Assembly (NCBI GenBank): GCA_047495785.1
Contig: JBLDXI010000001.1
Span: 682,001-746,000, forward strand
Length of the DNA stretch: 64,000 bases
Origin: Lepidodermella squamata
Lineage: Eukaryota > Animalia > Gastrotricha
Direction: 5' to 3'
A program made the position numbers and the translations under genes. Under the pieces are notes generated by a model. That model saw only the letters and a program-made list of their open reading frames with translations, had not been told where the DNA came from and ran no database searches. This document shows positions 15,701-27,900 of this stretch, one piece after another (the first letter of the stretch is position 1; the number at the start of each line of letters is the position of its first letter).

Positions 15701-15971
15701 TATTTGAACAGTGAACATTACAAATTCATCTCAGTTGCATCATATAAAACTTACGCTTTGAAACCATTTGAACCAGATTCGTCATGTCCTCCGGTAAAGG
15801 AGTCGTTTCTTGCTGGTCATTTTTGTCCTGTTTTTGTTGTTGGTGTTTTGAGATCAAGAGTTGAGAGTAGACAAACTCCAGCGTCGAAAGCGACAACGGT
15901 TTCAGTTGCAGCGGAGCAACAACCTCATCGGACGAACTGCCCAGTATACTGGACACCAATTCGTGCATCAT
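744..15971 (-). CDS. HERC2: Giant HECT E3 ubiquitin ligase HERC2, ~4954 aa. Exons 15971-15755, 15681-14445, 14388-14182, 14121-6393, 6328-2566, 2514-1125, 1065-744
   Basis: HERC2 domain order: N-terminal '[15 protein letters not shown]', degenerate RCC1-like domain, cytochrome-b5-like segment, MIB/HERC2 ([21 protein letters not shown]), UBA-like (LTEMGF), CPH ([16 protein letters not shown]), ZZ zinc finger, DOC/APC10, two RCC1-like propellers, HECT with catalytic Cys ([17 protein letters not shown]). All six introns are GT-AG, 51-73 nt, frame-preserving. Start Met (MMHE) is inferred. Confidence 0.96.
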
Positions 15972-16201
15972 TTCTTCGTAAATAATGTCAAATTGGCATC
16001 TAAACAAAATTTGAATATATCTGTAACAACCAACTTCAATTTTGGTGAAAATCTCAGAGAGTTGAAAGCAACGGCAGCGGCAATCGCATTGCACCAATGA
16101 TGAATTTAAACAAAAAACAGGAACTAAACACACAACAATACAGTTGTTAAGCTAAACATACAAGACTAAAATGCTCTTGAAAGGCAATTATACTGAAAAC
16201 G

Positions 16202-18224
16202 TTAAAAGCCGTCGGCAAACGATTTCTTCCGGAAGTCAGAATTAGCAAGAATAGTGCCATTTTGTAATACTTGAATAGCCTGAGCAACAGACATAATACT
16301 GTCTTTAAATTTGTACTCAGTTTGATTAACATGGCCGCGTGCAAAAAGAGAGTCAAGGATAACTTTAGGCATTTGCGGCTCGTAATAAAGCTTCTCCGGA
16401 ATGAGTTGGTGATGCAGCCTGGTCGCATCGATTGCTTGCTTTGGGTTCTCTTGGAACCAAATAACTCGGGTGGCAACGTAGGCAGTACCGGATGTAATAC
16501 GAGATCCACCGGCGGCCCCGACAATAAGACTAGCATAGTAAGTATTAGGCTCAGTGGAGTTCACAACCTGTCGCAGGAATATCGACGGACACATTGAAGA
16601 CTGCGGCCGTTTACCAGGTTTTATAAAATTTTGCGGACTTGGCGGCAAATTGAAATAATTGGTCTTGTTTGGCGTCGAAAAATCATCCATTTCGTCATTA
16701 AAAATAATACCAGTCCGTTTTCCAATAATACCACTTCCGAAGTAAACATTGATAGTGGAAGTTACAGAAACCGCGTTGCCTTCCACGTCAATAACCGAAA
16801 TATGGGAAGTGCCGTGATTGCTGGCGTAAGTAGGGTCAGGTTTGTAGAACGCGGTCGGGTGAGTAAATTCATCGGAAATTCGCGATCGAAGAGCATCAGC
16901 GTATGGCTGTGATGTCAAATTCGCGATAAGTTCAGCCATGCCGGGGACAAAACTTTCATCGCCCAGCAATAATCGCCTGCCGTATCCGAACTTCAAGGCT
17001 TCGACAAATCGATGGTAAGTCGTCGTATTCTGGCTATCTTCTTTTGTTAAATTGTATCCCTAAATAAAGAAATTCGATAATACAAGAAATCGATCGCAGA
17101 AATTGACTCTTACCGAGAGGATATTCATAACTAACGCTAAAATTGCACCCGAACCAGGCGGAGGGACACTTAGCATTCTATACTGATTTTGAATAACCGT
17201 TTCAAGAGGCTTTCTCCAAATGACTTGATACGAGGCAAAATCGGAGGCACTGATCGGCGAGCCGATATCGTTTAAATCAGAAATTATGTCCTTTGCAATC
17301 GAGCCATTATAGAATGAGGCAGCGCCTTCTTTTGCGATGCGGGATAAAGTGGCAGCAAGAGCAGGGCATTTTATAACATCGCCTTGTCGCAGAGGTTTGC
17401 CCGAGGTGACGTTGGTAAGAAAATTTCTGCAAATAATCCAGAATTACATGAATATTAATCGCAAAAAGAATAATAGCTCACATTGTGTTCGCGTAAGGCC
17501 TTTTATCATCAGCAGCGTCAATTTTGCCCAGAATTTGGTCAATCGCCGACTCAAGGACTTCCGATATCTCAATTCCTTTGATACATAAATCAATCGTGGG
17601 CTGGAACAGGGTTTCCCAGGGAAGTTTTCCGAAACGCTGATGCGCCGCCCAGTAGCCGGCAACCTCGCTCGGGACGGCGATTGACAGAGGTCCCATAACC
17701 GATGAAATGTTGGCGAACATGTTTTCAGTCGCGAAAAGCGGAGCGATTTCTCTAGCGTCCAGTGCGTACGCGGTTTGTGTTTTCTGATGCCAGATTGTCA
17801 TGAGAAAACCACCACCGATGCCGGCATTGTGCATGTTGAAAGTAGAGCCGGAGCATACCATCGCAGCAATCGCCGCGTCAACCGCCGATCCGCCCATCGC
17901 CAGCATTTTTGTTCCGATTTGCGAACAAGGACCCGCATCTGCGGCAACAGATGCGAAGCGATAAACGCCGAGTGGAGAACTTGAAACCGGGAATACAATT
18001 CCATTGGATGCCGGTGCTGGTGCAGAATTTTGAGTCACATACATAACAATAACGACAGGAATACCGATAAGGAGGACTAACACTGCGATTGCTATCACAA
18101 GCTTCCAGTTCGGCTTAGCGTTTTTCCGACTAGAAAAATAAAATGTCCCCTTTTGGGGCGAATTCGAGTGGCCATTGGTCAGGTCGAGCCGATCGGTCTC
18201 CGTAGCCACAGCCGTCTGATCCAT
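16202..18224 (-). CDS. GGT: Gamma-glutamyltranspeptidase copy D (canonical, 637 aa, type II membrane). Exons 18224-17482, 17426-17114, 17059-16202
   Basis: N-terminal TM helix; GGSAVDAAIA; GIGGG; DARE; catalytic Thr in HGTSHISVID; TSTIN; NDEMDDF; PGKRPQSSM; GAAGGSRI; C-terminal SDFRK..DGF. Confidence 0.95.
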
Positions 18225-18553
18225 GTCCAAAGTTATATTAAATCCCTAGAATCAAAATAGCCACATGAAACACAATGAGGTTCACTTGCATTGATTGCCA
18301 GACTTTCCAGCAAAAATATGCTGGACATTAACAAAAGCCGTCGAAAAATAAAATAAACAAATAGATTCGGTGAAACAGATATCACAAATACACATAAGTT
18401 TGATAAAATGCTTCCAATTGATTCGGTAGACAACAAAGATTGTTAAATGCACAACGCATATAGTGAGATAGATCACGATAAAAATATTATGATTGAGACA
18501 CAGGCAGCATTGATCGTTATGAAGCAGTCTTATTATTTGATTCCCATATAATA

Positions 18554-20954
18554 TCAAAAACCATCAGCATACAAGCCCGGCTTTCGTTGGTCAGCAAAAC
18601 TTATGATTTTTCCATCATCGAGTCGCTGTATGCCCTGCGCAACAGTGCGTTGAAAGTAAAGGCTCTCAGTTAAATTAACATGGCCGTGGCTGCGCAAGAA
18701 ATCCAACAGCCCCTCCGGAACGCCTTTTTCGTACAAAATCCTCTCGGGAGAGCGTTGCGGGTGAAGACGCGGAGCTTCGATTGCCTATAGAACGCAATTG
18801 CTGACTCAATAATTTACTGTTTACAGCGCACCTAACGTACCTGCTTGATATTCTCCCCCATCAGTAAGACTCGCGCGGCTATCGAAGCGACCGCGGATGT
18901 GATGCGCGAGCCGCCTGCCGCGCCTATGACCATGCGCACGCTTTTGTCGCCGGCGCTTGAATTATTGATGAATATCGCAGGACACATGGCAGACAACGGA
19001 CGCTTTCCAGGCCTGTACAAATGAGTCGACAATAAAACACTTAAATTCAACAAAACCGCATCACTTTTAACTAGAAATGGCGACATGAGACAATAATGCT
19101 ATCTTGATATCAACAAAAGGGCGCGGCTGCTAAAGGCGCTCTTATCAAGCCACGGAGGTTTTGAGGTCGAAGAGATAACCCGCGATGAACTTTGATTCAT
19201 CCATATTACCGTCCGTGGGATAAGAACTTGGTTGCCCTCAATTTTCCTAGTTTTCTAAAAAAAGACATCACCGAAAAACTCACTGAATGAGGTTAGCCAT
19301 ATTAACAGGTCCTCCACTTCCGACACTCGACGGCGACGTAAAATCATCAAGTTCGTTGTTGAAAAATATTCCTGTTCGTTTACCCATAATGCCACTACCA
19401 AATCTAAGAAGAAAATGCATCGAAAATCAATGGTTGTCCGAAACTATAGCGCAGAATTTTTACATCATATTAATTGTTGAAGTGACCGATACAGCGGATC
19501 CATCGGCAGCAAGAACTGAAACATGCGCGGTGCCATAGTCTTTGGGTTTGTCAAAAACAGCAGGGTCATAGAAGGAGATCGGATGAGTTGATGAGTCATT
19601 GATCCACATTCGAGTTTTCTTGCCAATATCAGCTGAGGTCAATTCGGCTAACAATCGCTTGAGTGTGTCCTTGTCAGGCATAAAATCTTCGTCACCCATC
19701 AGCAGCTTCTTGCCGTTAGCAAATTTTACAGCCTCAATAATTCGATGAAAAGTGAGAGGCTGTTCGCCGTCAGATCGGCGGAAATCGAAGGCTTGTAATA
19801 TGTTCAAAACATAGCTAAGGAGAGCCCCAGCGCCTGGTGGGCGAGTTGTATACATTCTGAGGCCGCTTTTCAAATCATTCACCAGAGGAGCCCGCCAGAT
19901 CGGCTTGTAAGACGCCAAATCTTCCTTCGTTATCGGCGCGCCGAACTCTTGCAAATCAGCTACAATGTCGTCAGCTGAAAAAATATTTCTTAAAAAATTG
20001 TGTCTGTATTAAGAAGCGTAATTTACCCAAAGTTCCGTTATAAAAGTCTGAACTGCCATTAACAGCTATTCGCTCCAGCGTTTTACCAAGTTCAGGGCAG
20101 TATATTGTTTCCCCAGCCTGATAAAGGAGCCCAGTTTTCGGGTTGATAATATAACTTCGCAATCGATCGTAGAATGAGTCGGTATATCTGGCTAGGAATT
20201 GCCTTGACATTCCACCGATGCTTTCAGCAAACGCCGGCGTCGCTTTGAATCCATTGATACACATATCTATCGAAGGCTTGAACAATGAGTACCAAGACAA
20301 TCGGCCGAAACGTTTATGAGCCGCAAATAGACCAGCCACTTCGCCCGGAACGCCCACTGAAAAAGGTCCGCGGGTCAGTAGGCCCCCTTTTGAGGTCATC
20401 AATTCGATAGAGAAGCCCAGTGGAGCGGTTTCTCTTGCATCCAATGTGTAGGCCTGTTGAGAGGGAGCATCCCATATCACCATGTGAAAACCACCGCCGA
20501 TTCCAGCACTTTGCGGGTGGATAACAAAGCCGCAGATCAATGAAGAAATCGCGGCGTCAAGGGCAGAGCCTCCCCTAGCTAGAGTTGCTGTGCCGATTTC
20601 CGAACAGATTCCCCCATCAGCAGCAACTGAGGCAAAACGATATTTGACTGTTTCTGGCGACGTTGATTTGATGAGCAGAGGTGCTTTAGGTTTCGGAGCT
20701 GTTAAATACGAAATTAGCAGAGCCAGACCGAATATTATGGCCAAAAGGATAAGCCCGATCAGTGAGCGATAATCCGGCTTGTACCACGGCGTTTTATAGT
20801 GAACTGCCGCTTGCTTTTGAATACCCACAAAAGGCCGAGGGGATGAACCCTGCTCCGGCACGTGCAGGCGACTTCTATCAACACTTCCAGCAGTTCCACT
20901 CGCCCTAACTAGTAAATCGACGATGTCATCGTTCCGTTCAATGGCTTCAGCCAT
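18554..20954 (-). CDS. GGT: Gamma-glutamyltranspeptidase copy C (653 aa). Exons 20954-20027, 19974-19464, 19403-19284, 19012-18841, 18784-18554
   Basis: TM helix, DARETAP, YGTAHVSV (Thr kept), NNELDDF, PGKRPLSAM, GAAGGSRI, ADQRK..DGF. Four frame-preserving GT-AG introns. Confidence 0.93.
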
Positions 20955-21136
20955 AAATTGGCCTTAATAATAGTTAAGACCTATATTTGACAAAGAGAAA
21001 GATAGAAAGCTCTGCTAAAATTATTGAGCATAGAGTTTTGTAAAAAAAAACGGAGCTGAAAACGGAGACTAGGAGCAACTAGTAGGAAAGACGTGTTGAT
21101 TGGCTAGAAAATTAAAATAAAAAACTAAATGAACAG

Positions 21137-22329
21137 TTAAAATCCGTCAGGGCTGCCAGTGGACTTCCGGAAGTCGCATACAGCTAACAACGAACGATTT
21201 TCAAGACGCTGAATCGCTTGAACAACAGATCGACCGCGCCAGTCAATGATCGTTAAATTTTGCTGCTGAAACTGTGTATGGGCTCGAAGCCATCCCAACA
21301 ACCAGTCTGTTACTCCCCGCTCATAAAATAGGGTGCCCACGTGGAAATGAAGCCTGGCTTTATCGACAGCCTGTTTGAAAATATCATACAGTGTATTTAA
21401 AAATCAAAAGAAGTAAATACGAAATTTACCTCATTGAGTTTCTCTCCGAGCCATAAGTCAACGCTGAGTGGAGTTTCGTCAAGCACAGCCTGATATGACC
21501 TCAAGTCTTCCTCATTGATTGGAACGCCTAAATCTGCAAAATCTTGCAAGATCTGCTCGGCAATACTTCCACGGTAAAATTCTGGCGCACCGTTAGCAGC
21601 GATTTCCCTGAAAGTTGCGGCGAGTTGTTTACAAAAAAATTTATCTCTAGCTTTGTAATATCCATTAGATTGTCTATTTGTGAGCAACTCTTTTAAAGGA
21701 GTGAATTCAGAAGCATTCGTGGCGAAATTTTTGAAGAAATCGACGCCTTCCTCCAGTACCGAGCTGACCTCGAAGCCATTTTCGCACAAATCGATTGAAG
21801 GAGTAAACAAATCAGTCCAATTTAAACGACCGTACTTTCTGTGAGCTTCCCAGATTGCTGCCAGTGTTCCGGGAACACCGATTGAAAATGGTCCCATTTT
21901 AAGGTCGTTCGGATGATTCAATAAATCGGAGTTTGATCCACGTGGAGCTACGCTTTGTCCGTCAATTGAAACGGCTTTCTTAAGTTTATTGTCCCAGATG
22001 ATCATGAAGAGACCACCTCCAACGCCAGCGCTGTGCATGTTCAACACGCTCGAGCATAGCAGAGCAGCGATTCCCGCATCAACAGCCGAGCCGTTTCTCC
22101 GCAGCATATCGGTACCAATTTGTGAACATAAGGCCGAATCTGCAGCAACGGCAGCAGTCTTATACAGTCCGTGAGGCGATTGAGGCAGATATTCTGAAAC
22201 CGGCGAATATTCGGGTATCACGACGTAAAGGCTGAAAATTGCACCAGCAACAAAACATCCGAGAAAAAGCGTTAGGGCGGATGCTTGTTTCGCAAATCGA
22301 TTACCCGCAGTTTGACTTGAATCCGGCAT
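21137..22329 (-). CDS. GGT-like copy B, internally deleted (377 aa, catalytic core absent). Exons 22329-21430, 21370-21137
   Basis: Large-subunit motifs (GSAVDAGIA, GVGGG, VPGT, FYRG) run via 'TPLSVD/LWLGEKLNE|AVDKARLH' straight into the small-subunit C-terminus. No T-S/A-H catalytic motif, TIN, PGKRP or GG motif. ORF and 59-nt intron are intact. Confidence 0.85.
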
Positions 22330-22549
22330 AGCATAATACTTTAACGCCTCTAAACGATAAAAAATTAAGATGGACTAGTTATGGCGGTGTATAAATAAAA
22401 TCATCAAGCTTTCGTTGGAAGAAGCGGTTGAACAACAATTGCGAATCACAGTCGAAGCATTATTGCATTTTGCACCAACAAACGAATGTAAAAGACAAAA
22501 ATTAATCACCAAACAAAAGCTTCAGTGAGAGCATTGTATCTAGAGAATC

Positions 22550-24501
22550 TCAATAGCCAGCTGTGAAGCCACCTCCTTTACGAAAATCGGCTATGGCAAG
22601 TAAAGTGCCGTTATCAAGTCGTTGAATAGCCTGAGATATCGACGAGCGTGGTGTTGTATAAGCTTTTTGCGCAATGTGACCCTTTTGTTTCAGATATTCT
22701 AACATCCATTTTGGCCATGATGGTTCATAGTAGAGAATATCAGGAATTAAGGTCCCGCTAAATCTGAATGCATCGACAGCTTGTTTCACTGTTTCTTTGA
22801 ACCAAAGTGTTCGGTAGGCTACGTATGGCACTGTCGATACGATTCTATTACCACCACTTGCGCCAACAACGAGTCGAACAACGTCGTTTTCGACGAAAAG
22901 CATCGGCGAAATAGTGGTCATCGGTCTTTTACCCGGGCTTATAAAATTGTGAGGTGGCAATGGCAAAGCATCTGACGACGTTTTGTTTATAAAGAAATTC
23001 GACATCCCGTTATTGAAAATAATTCCAGTCCGTTTGCCCATGACAAAGGATCCAAAACTAGACGGCAAAATAACATAGTCTCCTAATCAAAAAAGGTAAC
23101 TCCAAAAACTCACTGTCCATTTATCGTAGATGTGAGCGAAACCGCGTTTCCTAGTTCGTCAATCACAGAAATATGAGAAGTACTGTGATGGATGTTTTTC
23201 TCCTCAAATAATGGTGGAGTTCCGTAGGTTCCATAATCCTCGATTGGAAGAACATAGGAATCATTTATTTTCTGCCGCACGTAGTTTCCCATTTCTGATG
23301 ACGTTATATTGGCAAGACGTTCGTCCAATTCAGTCTCGTTCAAGAAAGAAATATCTCCGAAATAAGACCACTGACCCCAAGCAAATTTCAACGCTTCGAG
23401 GTAACGATGGTAATTCAAAGGATCTTGACTAGATTTTGAGTCCCAATTATATCCGGCAAGAATATTGAGCAGAAAAGCTCCTGCAGCTCCACTGGAAGAC
23501 GGTTTCGGTGTCATCAGTTTCAGATTACCATTTACTCTCATTTCCACTGGCCTTCGGGAATGAACAACGTAAGAACTCAGGTCCGCTTTTGTAATTTTGA
23601 CGCCGACCTCCTCAAGATCGCTAATAATCAATTCAGCCAATTCTCCAGAATAAAAATCCTCCGGGCCATTATTAGCAATCATTTCCAGGGTTTTGGCCAA
23701 CTGCGGGCATTTGATATATTCGCCCTCCTTGTACCAAGTTCCGGTTTCCGGATTGGTAAGAAATTCGACTAAAATAGCCATTTCTGGCTGTTTAGTGGCA
23801 TTAGCCTTCTTCGCTACGAAAGCGATTCCCTCAATCAAAGCTGGCCCGGCTGAAAATCCATTTTTGCATATCTCGATAGACGGTGAAAATAAATCTCTCC
23901 AAGGAAGTTTTCCATATAGATTATGTAGCTCCCTGTAACCAGCTATCTCGCCAGGGACAAGAACAGATAAGGCCCCTAGCTCCAGAGCATTCGGGTTTTT
24001 GATAAATAAATCGTTCGACATAGCGCTGGGTGAAACTCCGTAAGCGTCGAAAGTGGTCGCGTTTGAGGAGGCATTGTTCCAAATAACGGCGAATACGCCC
24101 CCTCCTATTCCGAGATTGTGCATACTGATAATTCCGTTGCAAATCATAGCCGCAATCGCGGCGTCCACAGCTGATCCTCCTCGTCGAAGCATCTCGTTGC
24201 CAATAATTGAGCAGTTCCCGTTATCGCACGCAACAGCCGCTTTTTCATAAACACCAAGAGGTGAGTTCGAAACAGGAAAATTGATGCCTGGAAAATCAGG
24301 CTGTTTCGACGTCGAGCCGGTTAAGGTGACAATGAGAGCGATAGCAGAGACTATTATAATTAAAATAGCAATCGATGCAACGACAATAAGCCGAGGATAT
24401 TTATGCCAAATCATGTTTGAACGCCGGTACTTAGTCTCATCGAAACCAGGCTCATTCACGGCCATAAATTGTTCGCCGTCATCTTCCGACATTTTCAGCA
24501 T
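22550..24501 (-). CDS. GGT-like copy A (631 aa) with altered gamma-glutamyl pocket. Exons 24501-23114, 23057-22550
   Basis: TM helix, GGSAVDAAIA, HSTSHISVID (Thr kept), TSTIN, GASGG; but DAYG, NNGMSNF and PGKRPMTT replace DARE, NDEMDDF and PGKRPxSS. Confidence 0.92.
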
Positions 24502-24912
24502 GACCACTAGCTTCCTATTATTTGAACTGCATGAAAGCTTTCCGCTGAATAGTAATCATTTATATGGACATACCGTTGTTGTGTATGTCGAGTGCGTGCT
24601 GACCGCCACAGTTCAAATAAGAACGGCGCTGTGACCCTTGGTCGGGCGCGCGCGAAAACCGAGTTCAAGTAACACCCTATTTAAAACGACAAGCATAAAA
24701 TATAACCAAATCAACTCCTTTGCACAAAATAGTTTATAGCGCAAAAGAAAGCAGCCATTGCCACAAAAAATATTACCGATATCATGAACCACCGCGTATA
24801 TTAAAAGAAATCAGCGTAACCAGTGTCTTTGATTACAATCAATCACAAGATAAATATAAGTTCCGTAACTTTTCGTTAAAAGCTGGAATGAATGATGTTA
24901 TAAAAACCCGGT

Positions 24913-27900
24913 TCAAGTCGAACCACTCGATCCGTCATTGCAGAGAAGTTCAATTTCGCGCAGAAGAGCCGCGTGCCGTTCAACCGAGCAACGACTGGCG
25001 CACATCGATGCCTGTTTTCCGAGGCGGTGGTCGGCTAGCAAGCGCGCCAAAGCCGCGGTGGCAACTTCTAAAATTGGGTCTTTTATTCTTGTGTCATCAG
25101 TCGATGCGCTGTCATCATGCGGCTTTCTCTCAGCAGGCTCGGGACTGCTAGGGGTGGAATGCGAGTTGGCGAATGCGTCAAGACCGAAACGTTCGACAAT
25201 GGCTTCAGCTAAACGACCAGCCATGTCAGTCCATCTGAATTGAAGCAATAATTCAACAGCTGATCGATACTGCCCAACCGAAATCAGCAGCAGCACTGCA
25301 AACATGCGTTGCGACGTTGTTTGTGATATAGTGGACGAGGAAGCAACCAGATGTTGAACGAATTTTTTCACCACATCAGTCTGGTGGTGACCGGGTGTTA
25401 GCGTGCACTTCGCTAATCTGATCGAGTCGAGCCAAAATCCGGACGATTGCAAGTAGCGGCAGGCGTCGTAATGAAGCCCGACTAGACATAGCAGATGAAT
25501 ACCGTCAAAAATGTGCCCGTCTGCCAGTAAATTGGTCGCGACCAATTTCAGCGTAGCCGTTCTCGTGTTGTTCGCAGCCGATGCGTCAATAAGACACGCC
25601 CTATATGCAACGCAAAAAAGTCGGATTATTAATAATTTTTGACACGCGCAAGGTAATTAGGGCAAATGTAGGTGCGGAAAGAATGAAAACACCCTGCACT
25701 AAATGGCATGAGATTTAGTGGAGCGAGACCATTGGCAACATTATGGCGTTTTGTAGAATTATACTTCTGTGTGTCGCAATTGGCTTAATTTTGGCCGCAG
25801 AACTATCTATCAAGGAGTCTCGGGAATTGAGCGAATTGGCCAGGGCCCAGATCGACGGTTACATCATACAGAGAACCAGAAATCGGTAATAAAATATCCT
25901 AACCAACTCAGCATCAACTACTTTTTAGTCTCAGGCGACAAGCCAGCAGACCGCTGCCGTGTCACGTCGAGTATGTTACAATCAAGCTAAGCGAGTTGGA
26001 CGTGTTTCATAACCGGAAGCCCATCCCTGCTGAATTGCGAGTACCCTACTGCGCCGGGGCATGTTTACCAGGTAATAGCGTTAACTATATCTCGTATCAG
26101 ATCAGCTTCCATTTGTTTATTGTAACATTATTTTTGGCTGCAGCTTACGCTTTTGATCAACGATCGCATATTATACTACGCTTAGCCGTCGGTAATGGAG
26201 TTGGATGTGTACCTAACAGCGATACACTTCCGCCTCCTCTAAACCAAACCATTTTCAGCTTCAATTCCCTGAGCAGCTCGTTCGACAAGATTGTTATCGA
26301 CAAGTTGCTCATTACTAGCTGCAAATGTGTGGGCTAAAATAATACTGATCACGCTTATGAAGAGGTGGAGGTGGAAAATAAAACCGAATTTGTCTATGCC
26401 TTGGCTATTATTGTTCTATTCAATATCTGAGAGATAACTTACTTTAGCCAATCTTGAATAAATTTAGGGTCAGAAGGCTGAGTTGCCAATAGGGCCGATG
26501 CAGCAGATTCTTGATCGCCATAAGATCCCAAAACATCCGCCAGTCTTCGGCGATGCTGCGGGGTTTCAGCGGTAGAAATTTGTCGACGCAAGCAGTCCAA
26601 AGCATGATTCTTGAAGTCTGAATCATTGCAAGCAAGGCCCATTGACGAGGGTAGGGAGCCTTGCTTGTCTCCCAAATAATATTTCACGGCTAACCAAAAT
26701 CTGTACTCTAAGTCAGCACCCATAATTCGAGCAACCAAAGCGCATCGCTCGGCTTTGTTTTCAGTTTTTTGCAAAAACGGCCAATAAGGCACTAGCCAGG
26801 AAGCAGGCCAGTCGTTGGCGTTTTCATGCTCACTTTGAGCCATCAAGCGATGGGTTGTTGCTAATTTACCTCCATCAGCGACCAAGAAAGGCGAAAGAAG
26901 GTCAGGGCGGCGGATTCGGGCCGAAACGGGGCAGTTATCGAATTGAAAGTCAAAATTTAAAATTCGAATAGCACCAGAAGTCATGGCAAGAACCGGAATT
27001 CCTGGAGCCCAGAAATCGGCATCGATTGCTCGTGAAACAAGACCCCCAGTAGTCGAGGCTTCTGAACGCACTTTCAACGAATTAGTTATTTCGCCGGATT
27101 CAGCATTACACAAATCGCAAGATCCATCCGAATACAACGCTAGAAACATGTAATTTCGGCGACCCGGCGAGAAGACTAGACGCCGAATGGAATTGCCGGA
27201 ATATTTGTTCGTCGAAATGGAAATATAGCGCTTCTCGATTATGTTTTCAACAATTATTTTTCCGTCAAACTCAGCCGCCAAGATGTAGCGACCTTTCCAA
27301 GCCAACGCAGTGACAGCTGAGGAAACATGGACGTCGAAATTAAGTGACTTCTCTTGAGCACTTTTTCCGCTGAATACAAAGCGCAGCAAACGCCCGGATA
27401 CGCTTATGATGATCAGCTCATCGAAATGAGCCAATTGAGGCGGAGGTGCGAGGCTAGGGTCTGACATCGAGGGTGTCGGAGATGATCTAGGATCATCGTT
27501 ATCACTGGCAGAGCGATTTACTCGTCGGCGCGCCCATTGAGCAGATGAAGCCTGAACTGCAAGGGATCTAACAACGTGATGTGTATCCAAGTCCCAGATA
27601 TCAACAGCCCCGGATCCGTAAATGACAACTGCTAAATAGCCTGATGGTGAGCAGTTAATGCTAACAATCGGGCTGCCATCACTCCGAGAACTCTTCAACT
27701 GGTTAACTTTTCCTGATGGCAAAGAAATGACGTATAACTCGTTTTTGACGGTTGAAGTGTTTGTTCCCGGGTCGATAGATTGCGTCACCAAGCTAGGCCC
27801 TCCAATAACTCCGGCGCAAACAAGCCGCTTCGAACCGGCCCAGTCGATTGCAGTGACTGGAAGAGGCGAAACAGCGAAATCATTTTCAAGGCTACCGCTA

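Noticed and set aside
15972-16133. N-terminal extension of HERC2 (VFCLNSS..) resembling vertebrate 'SFCL'
   Set aside because: No in-frame ATG; U-rich spacer with an acceptor at 16000; the similarity is likely chance.
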